Shown here piece after piece: positions 1 through 8,622 of a stretch of DNA of 64,000 nt. This DNA is from an uncultured Planctomycetia bacterium (lineage in GTDB: Bacteria > Planctomycetota > UBA1135 > JALUZX01): contig CAZLQD010000010.1 in assembly GCA_964561605.1 (NCBI GenBank), forward strand, positions 173,077-237,076. The letters run 5' to 3'. How positions within the stretch are numbered: position 1 is the first letter of the stretch; every line of letters begins with the position of its first letter. A program made the position numbers and the translations under genes. The notes below the pieces were generated by a model, which made no database searches, was not told where the DNA came from, and worked only from the letters and a program-made list of their open reading frames with translations.

Positions 1-1000
1 CCAGGGGAAGAGGAACGGTCCACCGGTTGAGAAGGGGCGTGAAGGCGTTCATGAGGAGCACGGCGAACATGACGCCCTCGGGATACCCGCTGAAGAGCCG
101 GATCAGGACCACGAAGAAGCCGATCCCCCCGCCGAAGAGGACCTTGCCCCGGAAGGTGACCGGGCTCGTCACCGGGTCGGTGGCGATGAAGAAGGCACCG
201 AAGAGAAGGGCCCCGCCGAAGAGATGGTGGAGGAGGGTGATCTCCGGGTGCACCCCGGCCAGCAGTCCCAGTCCCCCGAAGAGGAGGGCCGAGAAGATCA
301 TGGAGGCGGGGATCTCCCAGGAAGCGGTCTTCCTCCAGCAGAGGTAGATCCCTCCCAGGAGACAGGCCAGGGCGCTGGTCTCCCCCAGGGAACCGTTTAC
401 GTTTCCCAGGAAGAGAGGCCAAAGAGCCGGGGAGAGGGCCTGCATCTTCGCCGCCGAGAGGGGAGTGGCCTGGGTGAGGATCTCCGGGCCTGCGCCGGCC
501 ACGTAGGCCCCTGCGCCCATGGCCAGGGAGAAACTGATCATCACGAAGGCCCGCCCCACCATTGCCGGGTTGAAGATGTTCATCCCCAAACCGCCGAAGA
601 TCACCTTCCCGAAACCGATTGCGGCGAAAGAGGCGATCACCGCCACGTGGCAGGGCGCGCTCCAGGGGAGGGACATGGCCAGGATCACCCCCGTCACGAC
701 GGCGGAGAGATCCCCCAGGGACATGGCCTTCTTCCGGAAAACCGTGTGGAACAGGTATTCCGCCGCCAGGCAGGAGAGAACGCAGGTTCCCACCTGCTTG
801 ACGGCGTACCAGCCGAAGACCAGAACCGACGCGGCGAAGGCCGGGGCCAGGGCGACCAGCACGTCGGCCATCATCCTTCTCGTGGTGACGCCCTCCAGGG
901 AGAGGTGGGGAGAGGGGGCCGCCAAGAGTGCCCCCCCTCCCCCGGAGGAAACGATCTTCTCCGAATGCCTCGTTGTCCCTGCTCCGGACCTTCTTTCCAC
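1..1000 (-). CDS. rnfD: Rnf electron-transport complex subunit D (RnfD/NqrB family); C-terminal end cut by the window edge
   Basis: Not in the ORF track because it runs off the window. My reverse-complement translation reads LLAAPSPHLSLEGVTTRRMMADVLVALAPAF...GFGKVIFGGLGMNIFNPAMVGRAF...FFIATDPVTSP, which are typical RnfD/NqrB motifs. It lies directly downstream of rnfC. Start is ambiguous (GTG 1015, GTG 1000 or TTG 925). Confidence 0.85.
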   Translation of the reverse strand, partial: MERRSGAGTTRHSEKIVSSGGGGALLAAPSPHLSLEGVTTRRMMADVLVALAPAFAASVLVFGWYAVKQVGTCVLSCLAAEYLFHTVFRKKAMSLGDLSAVVTGVILAMSLPWSAPCHVAVIASFAAIGFGKVIFGGLGMNIFNPAMVGRAFVMISFSLAMGAGAYVAGAGPEILTQATPLSAAKMQALSPALWPLFLGNVNGSLGETSALACLLGGIYLCWRKTASWEIPASMIFSALLFGGLGLLAGVHPEITLLHHLFGGALLFGAFFIATDPVTSPVTFRGKVLFGGGIGFFVVLIRLFSGYPEGVMFAVLLMNAFTPLLNRWTVPLPL

Positions 1001-1031
1001 CCGATTCTCTTCCACCGGCGTCCCTCCCTGC

Positions 1032-2387
1032 CTACCGGGGCAGCATGGCCTTTCCCATCCGGATGAGTTGCGTCAGGGGTATTGCGGCGGGGCAGACGTA
1101 GGCGCAGGACCCGCACTCGATGCAGGCCTGGATGTGGTAGCGCCTGGCTACGTCCCAGTTCCTGCGGCGGGCCGCCAGGGCGATCCTCGTGGGAACGAGG
1201 CGCAGGGGGCAGACCTCCACGCACCGGCCGCACCGGACGCACTCCGTCCGCCGCCCGCGGCCCGTCTCTTCCGATGTGAGCACCGTGATCCCGCTGGTCC
1301 CCTTCGTGACGGGCGTATCCAGGTCTCCGACGGTGAAGCCCATCATGGGCCCCCCGGAGACGATCCTCTCCGCCTCGGGCAGGAGCCCCCCGCAGGCCTC
1401 GATCAAGTCCCTGTAAGGTGCCCCGACGGGCACGAGGAGGTTCCCCGGCCTGGCGATTCCCCTTCCCGTAACGGTCACCACCCTGTGGGTGAGGGGCTTT
1501 CCCCGGAAGAAGGCCCGGGCCAGGGCGGCGGCGGTGCCCACGTTCAGGACCACCACCCCCACATCCAGGGGCAGCCCGCCTGTGGGAACGATCCTCCCCA
1601 GGGCGGCCTGGATGAGCTGCCGCTCCCCCCCCTGGGGGTAGCGGGTCTTCAAGAGGACGATCTCCGCCTTGGAAGAAGGAAGGTTGTCCGAGAGAGAATG
1701 GAAGGCCTCGGGCTTGTTGTCCTCCAGGCCCAACACCACCCTGTCGGCCCCAACGGCCCGGGCCGCCAGGAGGGCCCCCGCCCATATGGGCCTTGGGTAT
1801 TCCACCATGAGCCTGTGGTCCGAGGTGAGGTAGGGCTCGCACTCGCAACCGTTCACCACGAGGGTGTCGATCCTCTTTCCCTCGGGAGGACTGAGCTTCA
1901 CGTGGGTCGGGAAGGCGGCCCCGCCCATCCCCACGAGTCCCCCCTCCCGGGCGGCCCGGAGGATCTCCTCCTGGGCCGGGCCGTCCGGGCCCTCCACGTA
2001 GGGCCACTCCCCGCCGAAGCAGTCCTCCAGGAGTTCCCCGCCTCGAGGCCCGCCATCCTCCACCTTCACCGGCACGGCCGGAACCCGCCTCCCGTTGGGA
2101 AGAGTCACCCCTGTGAAGCGGGTCACCTTGCCGCCCAGGGGGGCGTGGACCGGGGCGGAGACGAACCCTCCAGCCTCACCCAGAAGGGCTCCCGCCTCCA
2201 CCTGGTCCCGGGCCTTCACCACGGCCTTGCAGGGGGCGCCCAGGTGCTGGAGCAGGGGGATCCTCAGGACCTCCGGGGCCTCCAGGGCCCGAATGGCCGC
2301 CTCCTTCGAGAGCTCCTTACGGTCGGGAGGATGGACCCCGCCGTGGAAGGTCCCCGCGGGCTTTCCCGCCTTCACGGGAGCGCTCAT
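1032..2387 (-). CDS. rnfC: Rnf electron-transport complex subunit C
   Basis: ORF 1032..2645, trimmed to Met at MSAPVKAGKP. Contains GMGGAAFPTHVKL, NGCECEPYLTSD and two 4Fe-4S motifs (CVRCGRCVEVCP, CIECGSCAYVCP). The 86-aa N-terminal extension in the track is P/G/R-rich junk. ATGA overlap with the upstream small gene. Confidence 0.9.
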   Translation of the reverse strand: MSAPVKAGKPAGTFHGGVHPPDRKELSKEAAIRALEAPEVLRIPLLQHLGAPCKAVVKARDQVEAGALLGEAGGFVSAPVHAPLGGKVTRFTGVTLPNGRRVPAVPVKVEDGGPRGGELLEDCFGGEWPYVEGPDGPAQEEILRAAREGGLVGMGGAAFPTHVKLSPPEGKRIDTLVVNGCECEPYLTSDHRLMVEYPRPIWAGALLAARAVGADRVVLGLEDNKPEAFHSLSDNLPSSKAEIVLLKTRYPQGGERQLIQAALGRIVPTGGLPLDVGVVVLNVGTAAALARAFFRGKPLTHRVVTVTGRGIARPGNLLVPVGAPYRDLIEACGGLLPEAERIVSGGPMMGFTVGDLDTPVTKGTSGITVLTSEETGRGRRTECVRCGRCVEVCPLRLVPTRIALAARRRNWDVARRYHIQACIECGSCAYVCPAAIPLTQLIRMGKAMLPR

Positions 2388-2671
2388 CTCCCCAGCCTCC
2401 TCCCCCGGACCAGGAGGACGGCCTTGGCCAGGAAGACGGCGCCGAAGAAACCCGCCAGGGCCCCCAGGAGCCCGCCCGCCCCCTCCTCCTTCCCACGGCC
2501 GGCCCAGGCGGCCCCGGCCAAGGCGCAAAGAAGGGGGAAGAGGAAGAGCCCAAGAGAGGCCAGGACCAGCCGGCCCCCTTCCAGCCCCCCCGCATCGGCC
2601 CGGACTGCCTTTGCGGTGGGACAGGCCCGGCAATCGCCTCCGCAACCTGGATTCCCTGAAATCCGCGTCAC
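2384..2671 (-). CDS. Small membrane protein, RseC/MucC-like (N-terminal Cys cluster plus two TM helices)
   Basis: 95 aa with GCGGDCRACP followed by two hydrophobic helices. Its stop overlaps the rnfC start (ATGA). RseC-like genes are often next to rnf. Confidence 0.5.
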   Translation of the reverse strand: MTRISGNPGCGGDCRACPTAKAVRADAGGLEGGRLVLASLGLFLFPLLCALAGAAWAGRGKEEGAGGLLGALAGFFGAVFLAKAVLLVRGRRLGR

Positions 2672-2913
2672 CCTACCCTCCCAATGCCTTGGATTTCCCG
2701 TCCGAACGGCCCGGGAGGGAGGCTTCTTTCCCTAACTGGAAAATTTTTTCCCTGACGACCGGATCATTCCCGGCCGCCCCATCGCCCGGGCGTTCCCTGA
2801 CAGGCCCGCCCATCTTCCCGGAAAGGTCCCCCTCCAAACCCCGCCTTTGCCTTGCTCCCCTCCTTCACCTAGGATCGTCGCCTCGAAACCAGAACGAAGG
2901 ACGAAACAAGCCC

Positions 2914-3387
2914 ATGGAACGGACACTCATTCTCTTCAAACCCGACGCCCTCCACAGGGGACTGGTAGGCAGGATCCTCTCCCGCTTCGAGGAGAAGGGC
3001 CTCAAGATCTGCGGCCTCAAGATGATGCGGATCAGCAAGGACCTGGCCCACCGGCACTACGCCGCCCACAAGGACAAGCCCTTCTTCGAAGGGCTGGTGC
3101 GCTACATGACGGGCTCCCCCGTGGTGGCGGCCGTCCTGGAAGGAAACGGGGCGATCGGGGTGGTGCGCAAGATGATGGGCGCCACCTTCGGCTTCAACGC
3201 CGAACCGGGCACCATCCGGGGCGACTTCAGTTGTTCCACTTCCTACAACCTGGTCCACGGCTCGGACTCCCCCGAGTCGGCCGAGCGGGAGATCGGCCTC
3301 TTCTTCGCCCCCGAGGAGCTCCAGGATTGGACTCCCGGTTACTTCTCCCTCGGTTATGACCCGGAGGAACTCCAGGGCGGCTCCTGA
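2914..3387 (+). CDS. ndk: Nucleoside diphosphate kinase
   Basis: MERTLILFKPDA...NLVHGSDSPESAEREI, full-length Ndk motifs. ORF 2095..3387 trimmed to the in-frame ATG at 2914; the upstream part is P/R-rich. Confidence 0.95.
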   Translation: MERTLILFKPDALHRGLVGRILSRFEEKGLKICGLKMMRISKDLAHRHYAAHKDKPFFEGLVRYMTGSPVVAAVLEGNGAIGVVRKMMGATFGFNAEPGTIRGDFSCSTSYNLVHGSDSPESAEREIGLFFAPEELQDWTPGYFSLGYDPEELQGGS

Positions 3388-4933
3388 TCCTGATCCCTGC
3401 AAGGTGAAGGACTTCACCTCCCGGATGCTGGCCCTCCTGGTGGAGGAGATCGGCCCCGAACTGGAAGGCTGGATCCTCCGGGAGGTATCGGCCCACAAGG
3501 ATTTCCCCGGGGACCTTCTTCTCTTCTTCCACCCCCCCGGTGATCCCGGGGGAAGGCCCCGTTGCCTGCGGGCCGTCGTGGAGAAGGGAAGGGCCAGGCT
3601 CCACCTGGAATACACCCCCAGGCCCGCCAAGGAGGCCCATCCCAGGATCCGGACCCTCTCGGCCCGCCTGGAAGGGAGGCCCCTGGAAGGGATCGCGGCC
3701 CCTCCGGGGGAGAGGATGTGCCGCCTCCTCTTCGGCCGGGGGGAGGATCCTCCCCGGAGCCTGGAACTCCTCTTCGAGTTCTTTCCCCCGGGGAACTGGG
3801 TCCTCCTGGACCCGGAGGGAAGGATCAAGCTCTGCTCCGCCGAGAGGAAGGGGGCCCGAAAAATCCGGCCGGGGGAAATCTACGTCCCGCCGCCACCCGG
3901 ACCGGCCCGGCCTCCCGCCGGGGAGCTTCCTCCCTGGTTCCCCCGGGAGAAGGGCCGCCGCAACAGGGCCGCCGCCGGAGAGTCCGCCGCCCGGGACGAG
4001 GAGATCCTCCGGGAAAAGGGAAAGGCCCGCCTCAGGGCGGCCCTGGAAAAAGCCCTGGCCAAGGCGAGGGGGAGGGTGAAGGCCCTGGAGTCCCAACTGG
4101 AACGGACGGCCGAGGCCGAGTCCCTCCGCCGCAGGGCGGAGCTCCTCAAGGCCAACCTCCACCAGATTCCCACTGGCGCAAATGAAGTGGAGGTGAGGGA
4201 CTGGTTCGATCCCTCCCTCCCCCTGGTCCGGATCCCCCTCGATCCTTCCCGCCCGCCCAGGGAGGTCATGGAGGACCTCTTCAGGAAGGCCCGCCGCCTG
4301 GAAAAGGGCAGGCCCATGGTGGAGGCCCGCCTCGCCGAAGCCAGGGAACTGGCCGGCACGGCCGAGAAGGCCCTGGAACTGGCATCCCGGGAGGAAGGCC
4401 CCCCCGGAGAGGAGCTGGAGCCCCTCCTGGCCGTCCTGGAGAGGGAGAAGTTCCTCCCCCGCCGGGAACCCTCGAAGAAGGCCCCTCCCCCCAGGGAGGA
4501 GAGGAAGATCGCAAAGGCCTCCGGAGGGGAACGTTTCCGGAGGTTCACATCCAAGGAGGGCCTTCCCATCCTCGTGGGAAGGGACAAGCGCCAGAACGAC
4601 GTCCTCACCCTCCGGGTGGCCCGGGGAAACGATCTCTGGCTTCACGTGGGAGGCGGAGAAGGAGGTTCCCACGTGGTCGTCCGGGTGCCGAAGGGGAAGC
4701 AGGCCGGCGAGGAGACCCTCCTGGACGCGGCCCACCTGGCTGTATACTACTCCAAGTCCAGGGGAAGGCCCTTCGTGGAGGTCGTATGGACACAGCGCAA
4801 ATGGGTCCGGAAGCCCAAGGGGCTCCCTCCCGGGAGGGTCCTGGTGGATCGGTTCAAGACCATGAAGCTCCGTTTCGACGAAGACCGCCTGCGAAGGCTC
4901 CTCGCCACGGCCGCCGGAGGGGAGGGGCCGTGA
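3356..4933 (+). CDS. NFACT-family protein (RqcH / fibronectin-binding protein A-like, with NFACT-R/DUF814 domain)
   Basis: Central coiled coil, then FTSKEGLPILVGRDKRQNDVLTLRVARGNDLWLHVGGGEGGSHVVVR, typical of the DUF814/NFACT-R module. The start may lie further in (MLALL). Confidence 0.8.
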   Translation: MTRRNSRAAPDPDPCKVKDFTSRMLALLVEEIGPELEGWILREVSAHKDFPGDLLLFFHPPGDPGGRPRCLRAVVEKGRARLHLEYTPRPAKEAHPRIRTLSARLEGRPLEGIAAPPGERMCRLLFGRGEDPPRSLELLFEFFPPGNWVLLDPEGRIKLCSAERKGARKIRPGEIYVPPPPGPARPPAGELPPWFPREKGRRNRAAAGESAARDEEILREKGKARLRAALEKALAKARGRVKALESQLERTAEAESLRRRAELLKANLHQIPTGANEVEVRDWFDPSLPLVRIPLDPSRPPREVMEDLFRKARRLEKGRPMVEARLAEARELAGTAEKALELASREEGPPGEELEPLLAVLEREKFLPRREPSKKAPPPREERKIAKASGGERFRRFTSKEGLPILVGRDKRQNDVLTLRVARGNDLWLHVGGGEGGSHVVVRVPKGKQAGEETLLDAAHLAVYYSKSRGRPFVEVVWTQRKWVRKPKGLPPGRVLVDRFKTMKLRFDEDRLRRLLATAAGGEGP

Positions 4934-6660
4934 AGGCCGCCGCCCCGGTCCTCTCCGCCCTCTTTCTCCTCCTGGGGGGGTGTTTCCAGCCGCCCGTACC
5001 CACCGTCGAACCGCCCCGCATCCGGCCCGCCCTGGGCCGTTGGGAAAGGAGCGGGGAAAAGACCTGGCGCCACCGGGGCGGGAACGAAGGAGTCCTCCTC
5101 CTCCCCTGGCGCCCCCCCCTCCGCCTGGAAGTGGAGATCCTCCCCGGACCGGGGTGCCGGGCCGCCGGGATCCTGGCCGGCTACAAAGGCCCCAGGGACA
5201 CCCAGGCCGTCCTCGCCTTTCCCCCCCCCCGTTGCCGGGCCGCCTATATTCGCTGGGAGGATTCCGGAAGGATCGCGCCCCCCACGGCGGTCCTACCCCT
5301 GGAGGAAGCCCGGTGGAAGGAGGGCTTCCGCCTCGCCCTGGAGGTCCGGCGGGACTCTCTGCGGGCCTCCCTCGAAGGGGCCGGACCGGGCATGACCTGG
5401 CTTCCGCCCCTTCCCCTCCTGGGGAAGATCGCCCTCTACGCCGACGGACCGGCCCGGTTCGTCCTCTCCGGAAAAGGTCCCGCCCCCGCCCCACCACCGC
5501 CGCCCGATCCTTCCCGGATCTGGTCCCGCTTCGCCCGCCCATCCCCGGGAGGAGCCGGGAGGGCCGCCGCCCGACTTGTGGAGCGTTCCCTCTCCGTCCT
5601 GAGGAGGTTCAAGCGCCTCTCCCCCAGGGAGGGGGTTCCGGCCTGGTTCTGGACGGGAGAGCCTCTCTTCCGGGAGGCTCTGGCCGCCTGGGCGGCCGAG
5701 AGGCCTCCCCTCTCCTCCACTCCCCGCCAGGAGGCTCTCCGCCTCCTGGACCTCCTCGCCCTGTGGTCCTGCCAGCCCGGGAAACAAGCGGCACGAACCC
5801 GGGAGCGCCTCCAGGAGGTCGCCCTCGGGCTCGCCGGCTCCAGGAAGGCCGGCGGCCTCTGGGAAGGGGCGGACAAGGATCCCCTGGGAAACTGGATCCT
5901 CCCGGGGAGGGCCCTCCTGGCATCCCTCCCCCGGCTCCGGGGCGCCGGGAGGAACCGGGCCTTCCAGGCCTGGCGGACCGCCATGAACCGGATGGTCGAG
6001 GCCTTCCTCCCGGGGAAGGAAGGCCCCCCCCGGGCCCGGGGCTGGTCCACCAGAGTCCTCCTGGAGGCCGGCCTCTTCCTGGCCGAGTCCACCTCCCGGA
6101 GGGCCGCCCTGTCCACCACATTGAATACCCTCGAGCGCCTTCTCGAGGAAAGGAGGCTCGTCGAGGAGAAGGACGGCCTGTCCCTGGTGGAGAGGGACGG
6201 AAAGACCGATCCCTTCCTGGACCTCCTGTGGGCCAGGCTCCTCCCAAGCCTTGGAAGGGGAGCCGTGAAGGAAGGATACAGGGAAGCGGCCCGCCGTGTG
6301 GCCGCCCGGGCGGCGGGAAGAATGGAAGGAAGGCCCCTTCCCTTCTCGCTTCTGCGGGACCTCTTCCGCCGGGTCCCGGAACTCGCCCCGCCGGGCACCC
6401 TGGCCATCCTGGACTCCACGGGCCGTGTTCTCTCCATCCTCAAGGACGGGACGACCCTCTCCTGGACCACAGCGGGCCCTTCCACCGAGACCGTCCTGAC
6501 CGCCTTCCCCCGCCTCGTCTCGAAGGAAGAAGGAGAGGTACGGACCTTCCGGGGCCCCCTCTTGGAAATCCTCCACGAGAAAACCCGGGTGGTCCTTCAC
6601 ACCGCCCCCGACCCTGGTTCCCGGAAACCCCCTTCATCCCCGAGAGGTAGTATGCGATGA
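4930..6660 (+). CDS. Hypothetical lipoprotein
   Basis: GTG start overlaps the previous stop (GTGA). Signal peptide plus lipobox VKAAAPVLSALFLLLGGC. C-terminal half is helical-repeat-like. No family recognised. Confidence 0.6.
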   Translation: MKAAAPVLSALFLLLGGCFQPPVPTVEPPRIRPALGRWERSGEKTWRHRGGNEGVLLLPWRPPLRLEVEILPGPGCRAAGILAGYKGPRDTQAVLAFPPPRCRAAYIRWEDSGRIAPPTAVLPLEEARWKEGFRLALEVRRDSLRASLEGAGPGMTWLPPLPLLGKIALYADGPARFVLSGKGPAPAPPPPPDPSRIWSRFARPSPGGAGRAAARLVERSLSVLRRFKRLSPREGVPAWFWTGEPLFREALAAWAAERPPLSSTPRQEALRLLDLLALWSCQPGKQAARTRERLQEVALGLAGSRKAGGLWEGADKDPLGNWILPGRALLASLPRLRGAGRNRAFQAWRTAMNRMVEAFLPGKEGPPRARGWSTRVLLEAGLFLAESTSRRAALSTTLNTLERLLEERRLVEEKDGLSLVERDGKTDPFLDLLWARLLPSLGRGAVKEGYREAARRVAARAAGRMEGRPLPFSLLRDLFRRVPELAPPGTLAILDSTGRVLSILKDGTTLSWTTAGPSTETVLTAFPRLVSKEEGEVRTFRGPLLEILHEKTRVVLHTAPDPGSRKPPSSPRGSMR

Positions 6661-8513
6661 AACCCACCAAAAGAAGCCTTTCCCTCGTCCTGGCCCTTCT
6701 CACCGCCACAGGAGTCCTTCGGGCCGAGTCCCGGACCTGGCAGGTCCCTCCCATCGAGGAGGGTCCCGGGATCGTGGTACGCCTGGACGAATTGGGATCC
6801 CTCTACTGGAAGGTCCTCCTCCGGGGAAGGACCATCCTGGCCGAATCCCCCCTGGGCCTCCGACTCTGGGGAAAGGAGGGGAATTTCCTCCGGGGACTGG
6901 CCTTCCAGAAGGCGGACAGGCGCCCCGTCCTCGAGCGTTTCACCCTCACCACGGGAAAGCGCCTGGTCAACGAATACCGGTTCAACGAACTGAGGCTGAC
7001 CTTCAAGAACGAAGGGGGAAGGGAACTTGTCCTCGTCTTCCGGACCGCCCGGGACGGAGCGGCCTTCCGCTACATCCTCCCCGGGAAAGGTGTGATCCTG
7101 GTGGAGCGGGAGAGGACCTTCTTCCGTTTCCCCCGGGGAACCCGGGCCTGGATCCTCCCCTGGAAGCGGAACTACGAGCAACTCTTCCAGGAAGGGGAAC
7201 TGGGCAAGGATTTCCAGGCCGGTCGATACGGCCTCCCCTTGCTCGTGAAGGCCCCGGGTGAGGGGAACACATGGGCCCTCATCCACGAAGCCGACCTGGG
7301 CGGGGAATACGCCGCAGCCAACCTCTCCATCCTGGATCCCTCGAAACCCGAGCTGGAGATCTTCCTCCCCGTTCCGCCCATCCGGGACGAGGCCCCCCTT
7401 GCCGCACCGTGGCGGGTGATCCTGGCGGGCGGCCTGGGGGACATCGTGGAATCCACCCTGATCGAGGCCCTGAGCAGGCCTTCCGAGGCGAAGGACACAT
7501 CCTGGATCCGGCCGGGCAAGTGCGCCTGGTCCTGGTGGTCCGAGTCCAGGAGCCCCCACAGCCTGGAGAAGCAGAAGGCCTTCGTGGATTTCGCCGCCTC
7601 GCTGGGCTGGCCCTACTGCCTGGTGGACGAGGGCTGGAGGGACCACGACTGGGTGCCCGAGCTGATCCGTTACGCCCGGGCGAAAGGAGTGTCCATCCTC
7701 CTCTGGACCCGTTGGACCGACCTGGACACCCCGGAAAAGCGCAAGAAGGAACTCTCCCTCTGGAAGAAGTGGGGCGTCGCCGGGATCAAGGTGGACTTCA
7801 TGGACCGGGACGACCAGGAGATGACAGCCTTCTACGACGCCGTCACCAAGGCGGCCCTGGCCGAGAAGCTCCTCATCAACTTCCACGGCGCCATCCCGCC
7901 CAGGGGCGAGAGGAGGCGCTTCCCCAACCTGATGACCCGGGAGGGCGTCCTGGGGGCCGAGCACTACAAGTGGAGCAAGCGCCCCACGCCGGAGCACAAC
8001 TGCCTCCTCCCCTTCACTCGCAACGCCGTCGGCCCCATGGACTACACGCCCGTCACCTTCTCGGCCAAGACCAGGCGTACCACCGCCGGCCACGAGCTGG
8101 CCCTCGCCGTCGTCTTCGAATCCGGCATCCAACATTTCGCCGATTCCCCCCGGGTCTACGACTCGGCCCCCTACAAGGCGGGCCTGGACCTGCTCCGCCA
8201 GGTGCCCGTCGCATGGGACGAGACCCGCTTCCTGGCAGGCTATCCCGGGAAATTCGTGGCCCTGGCACGCCGCAAGGGGAAGACCTGGTACGTGGGAATC
8301 ATCGCGGCCGGGAACCCCGTGCAGCGGGGCAAGAGGATGGGCGTATCCCTCTCCCGTTTCCTCTCCAGAGGATCCTGGAAGGTGGAGGCCTACGGCGACG
8401 CGCCCGGGAGGGAAGGCATCGAAAAGGAGACCTTCACCACCGACGCCGCCCGCCGGTTCTTCCCGAAACTGAAGAAGAACGGCGGCCTGGTCATGGTCTT
8501 CAAGCCCCTGTAG
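6657..8513 (+). CDS. Glycoside hydrolase family 97 (alpha-glucosidase/galactosidase-like), secreted
   Basis: Signal peptide. WGVAGIKVDFMDRDDQEM, INFHGAIPPRGERRRFPNLMTREGVLGAEHY and NAVGPMDYTPV match GH97 core motifs as I remember them. ATGA overlap with the upstream gene. Confidence 0.85.
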   Translation: MKPTKRSLSLVLALLTATGVLRAESRTWQVPPIEEGPGIVVRLDELGSLYWKVLLRGRTILAESPLGLRLWGKEGNFLRGLAFQKADRRPVLERFTLTTGKRLVNEYRFNELRLTFKNEGGRELVLVFRTARDGAAFRYILPGKGVILVERERTFFRFPRGTRAWILPWKRNYEQLFQEGELGKDFQAGRYGLPLLVKAPGEGNTWALIHEADLGGEYAAANLSILDPSKPELEIFLPVPPIRDEAPLAAPWRVILAGGLGDIVESTLIEALSRPSEAKDTSWIRPGKCAWSWWSESRSPHSLEKQKAFVDFAASLGWPYCLVDEGWRDHDWVPELIRYARAKGVSILLWTRWTDLDTPEKRKKELSLWKKWGVAGIKVDFMDRDDQEMTAFYDAVTKAALAEKLLINFHGAIPPRGERRRFPNLMTREGVLGAEHYKWSKRPTPEHNCLLPFTRNAVGPMDYTPVTFSAKTRRTTAGHELALAVVFESGIQHFADSPRVYDSAPYKAGLDLLRQVPVAWDETRFLAGYPGKFVALARRKGKTWYVGIIAAGNPVQRGKRMGVSLSRFLSRGSWKVEAYGDAPGREGIEKETFTTDAARRFFPKLKKNGGLVMVFKPL

Positions 8514-8556
8514 GCCCGTGGGAAAGAGCGGGAGGGGGAAGTCCCGCGTATACGAA

Positions 8557-8597
8557 GGGGAGGCCGGCGGACCCGGGGCCCGCCGCCTCCCCTTTTC
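8557..8597 (+). terminator. Probable intrinsic terminator between convergent GH97 and acnA
   Basis: ggggaggccggcgg / loop acccggggc / ccgccgcctcccc (13 bp stem with one bulged C), followed by tttt. Confidence 0.55.
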
Positions 8598-8622
8598 GTG
8601 CCCCCCCCTCTCCCGGCGGCTC

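Noticed and set aside
2095-2913. 273-codon N-terminal extension of ndk in the ORF track
   Set aside because: The extension is P/R/G-rich with no homology features. Ndk is a ~150-aa protein, and the ATG at 2914 gives the canonical MERTLILFKPD start.
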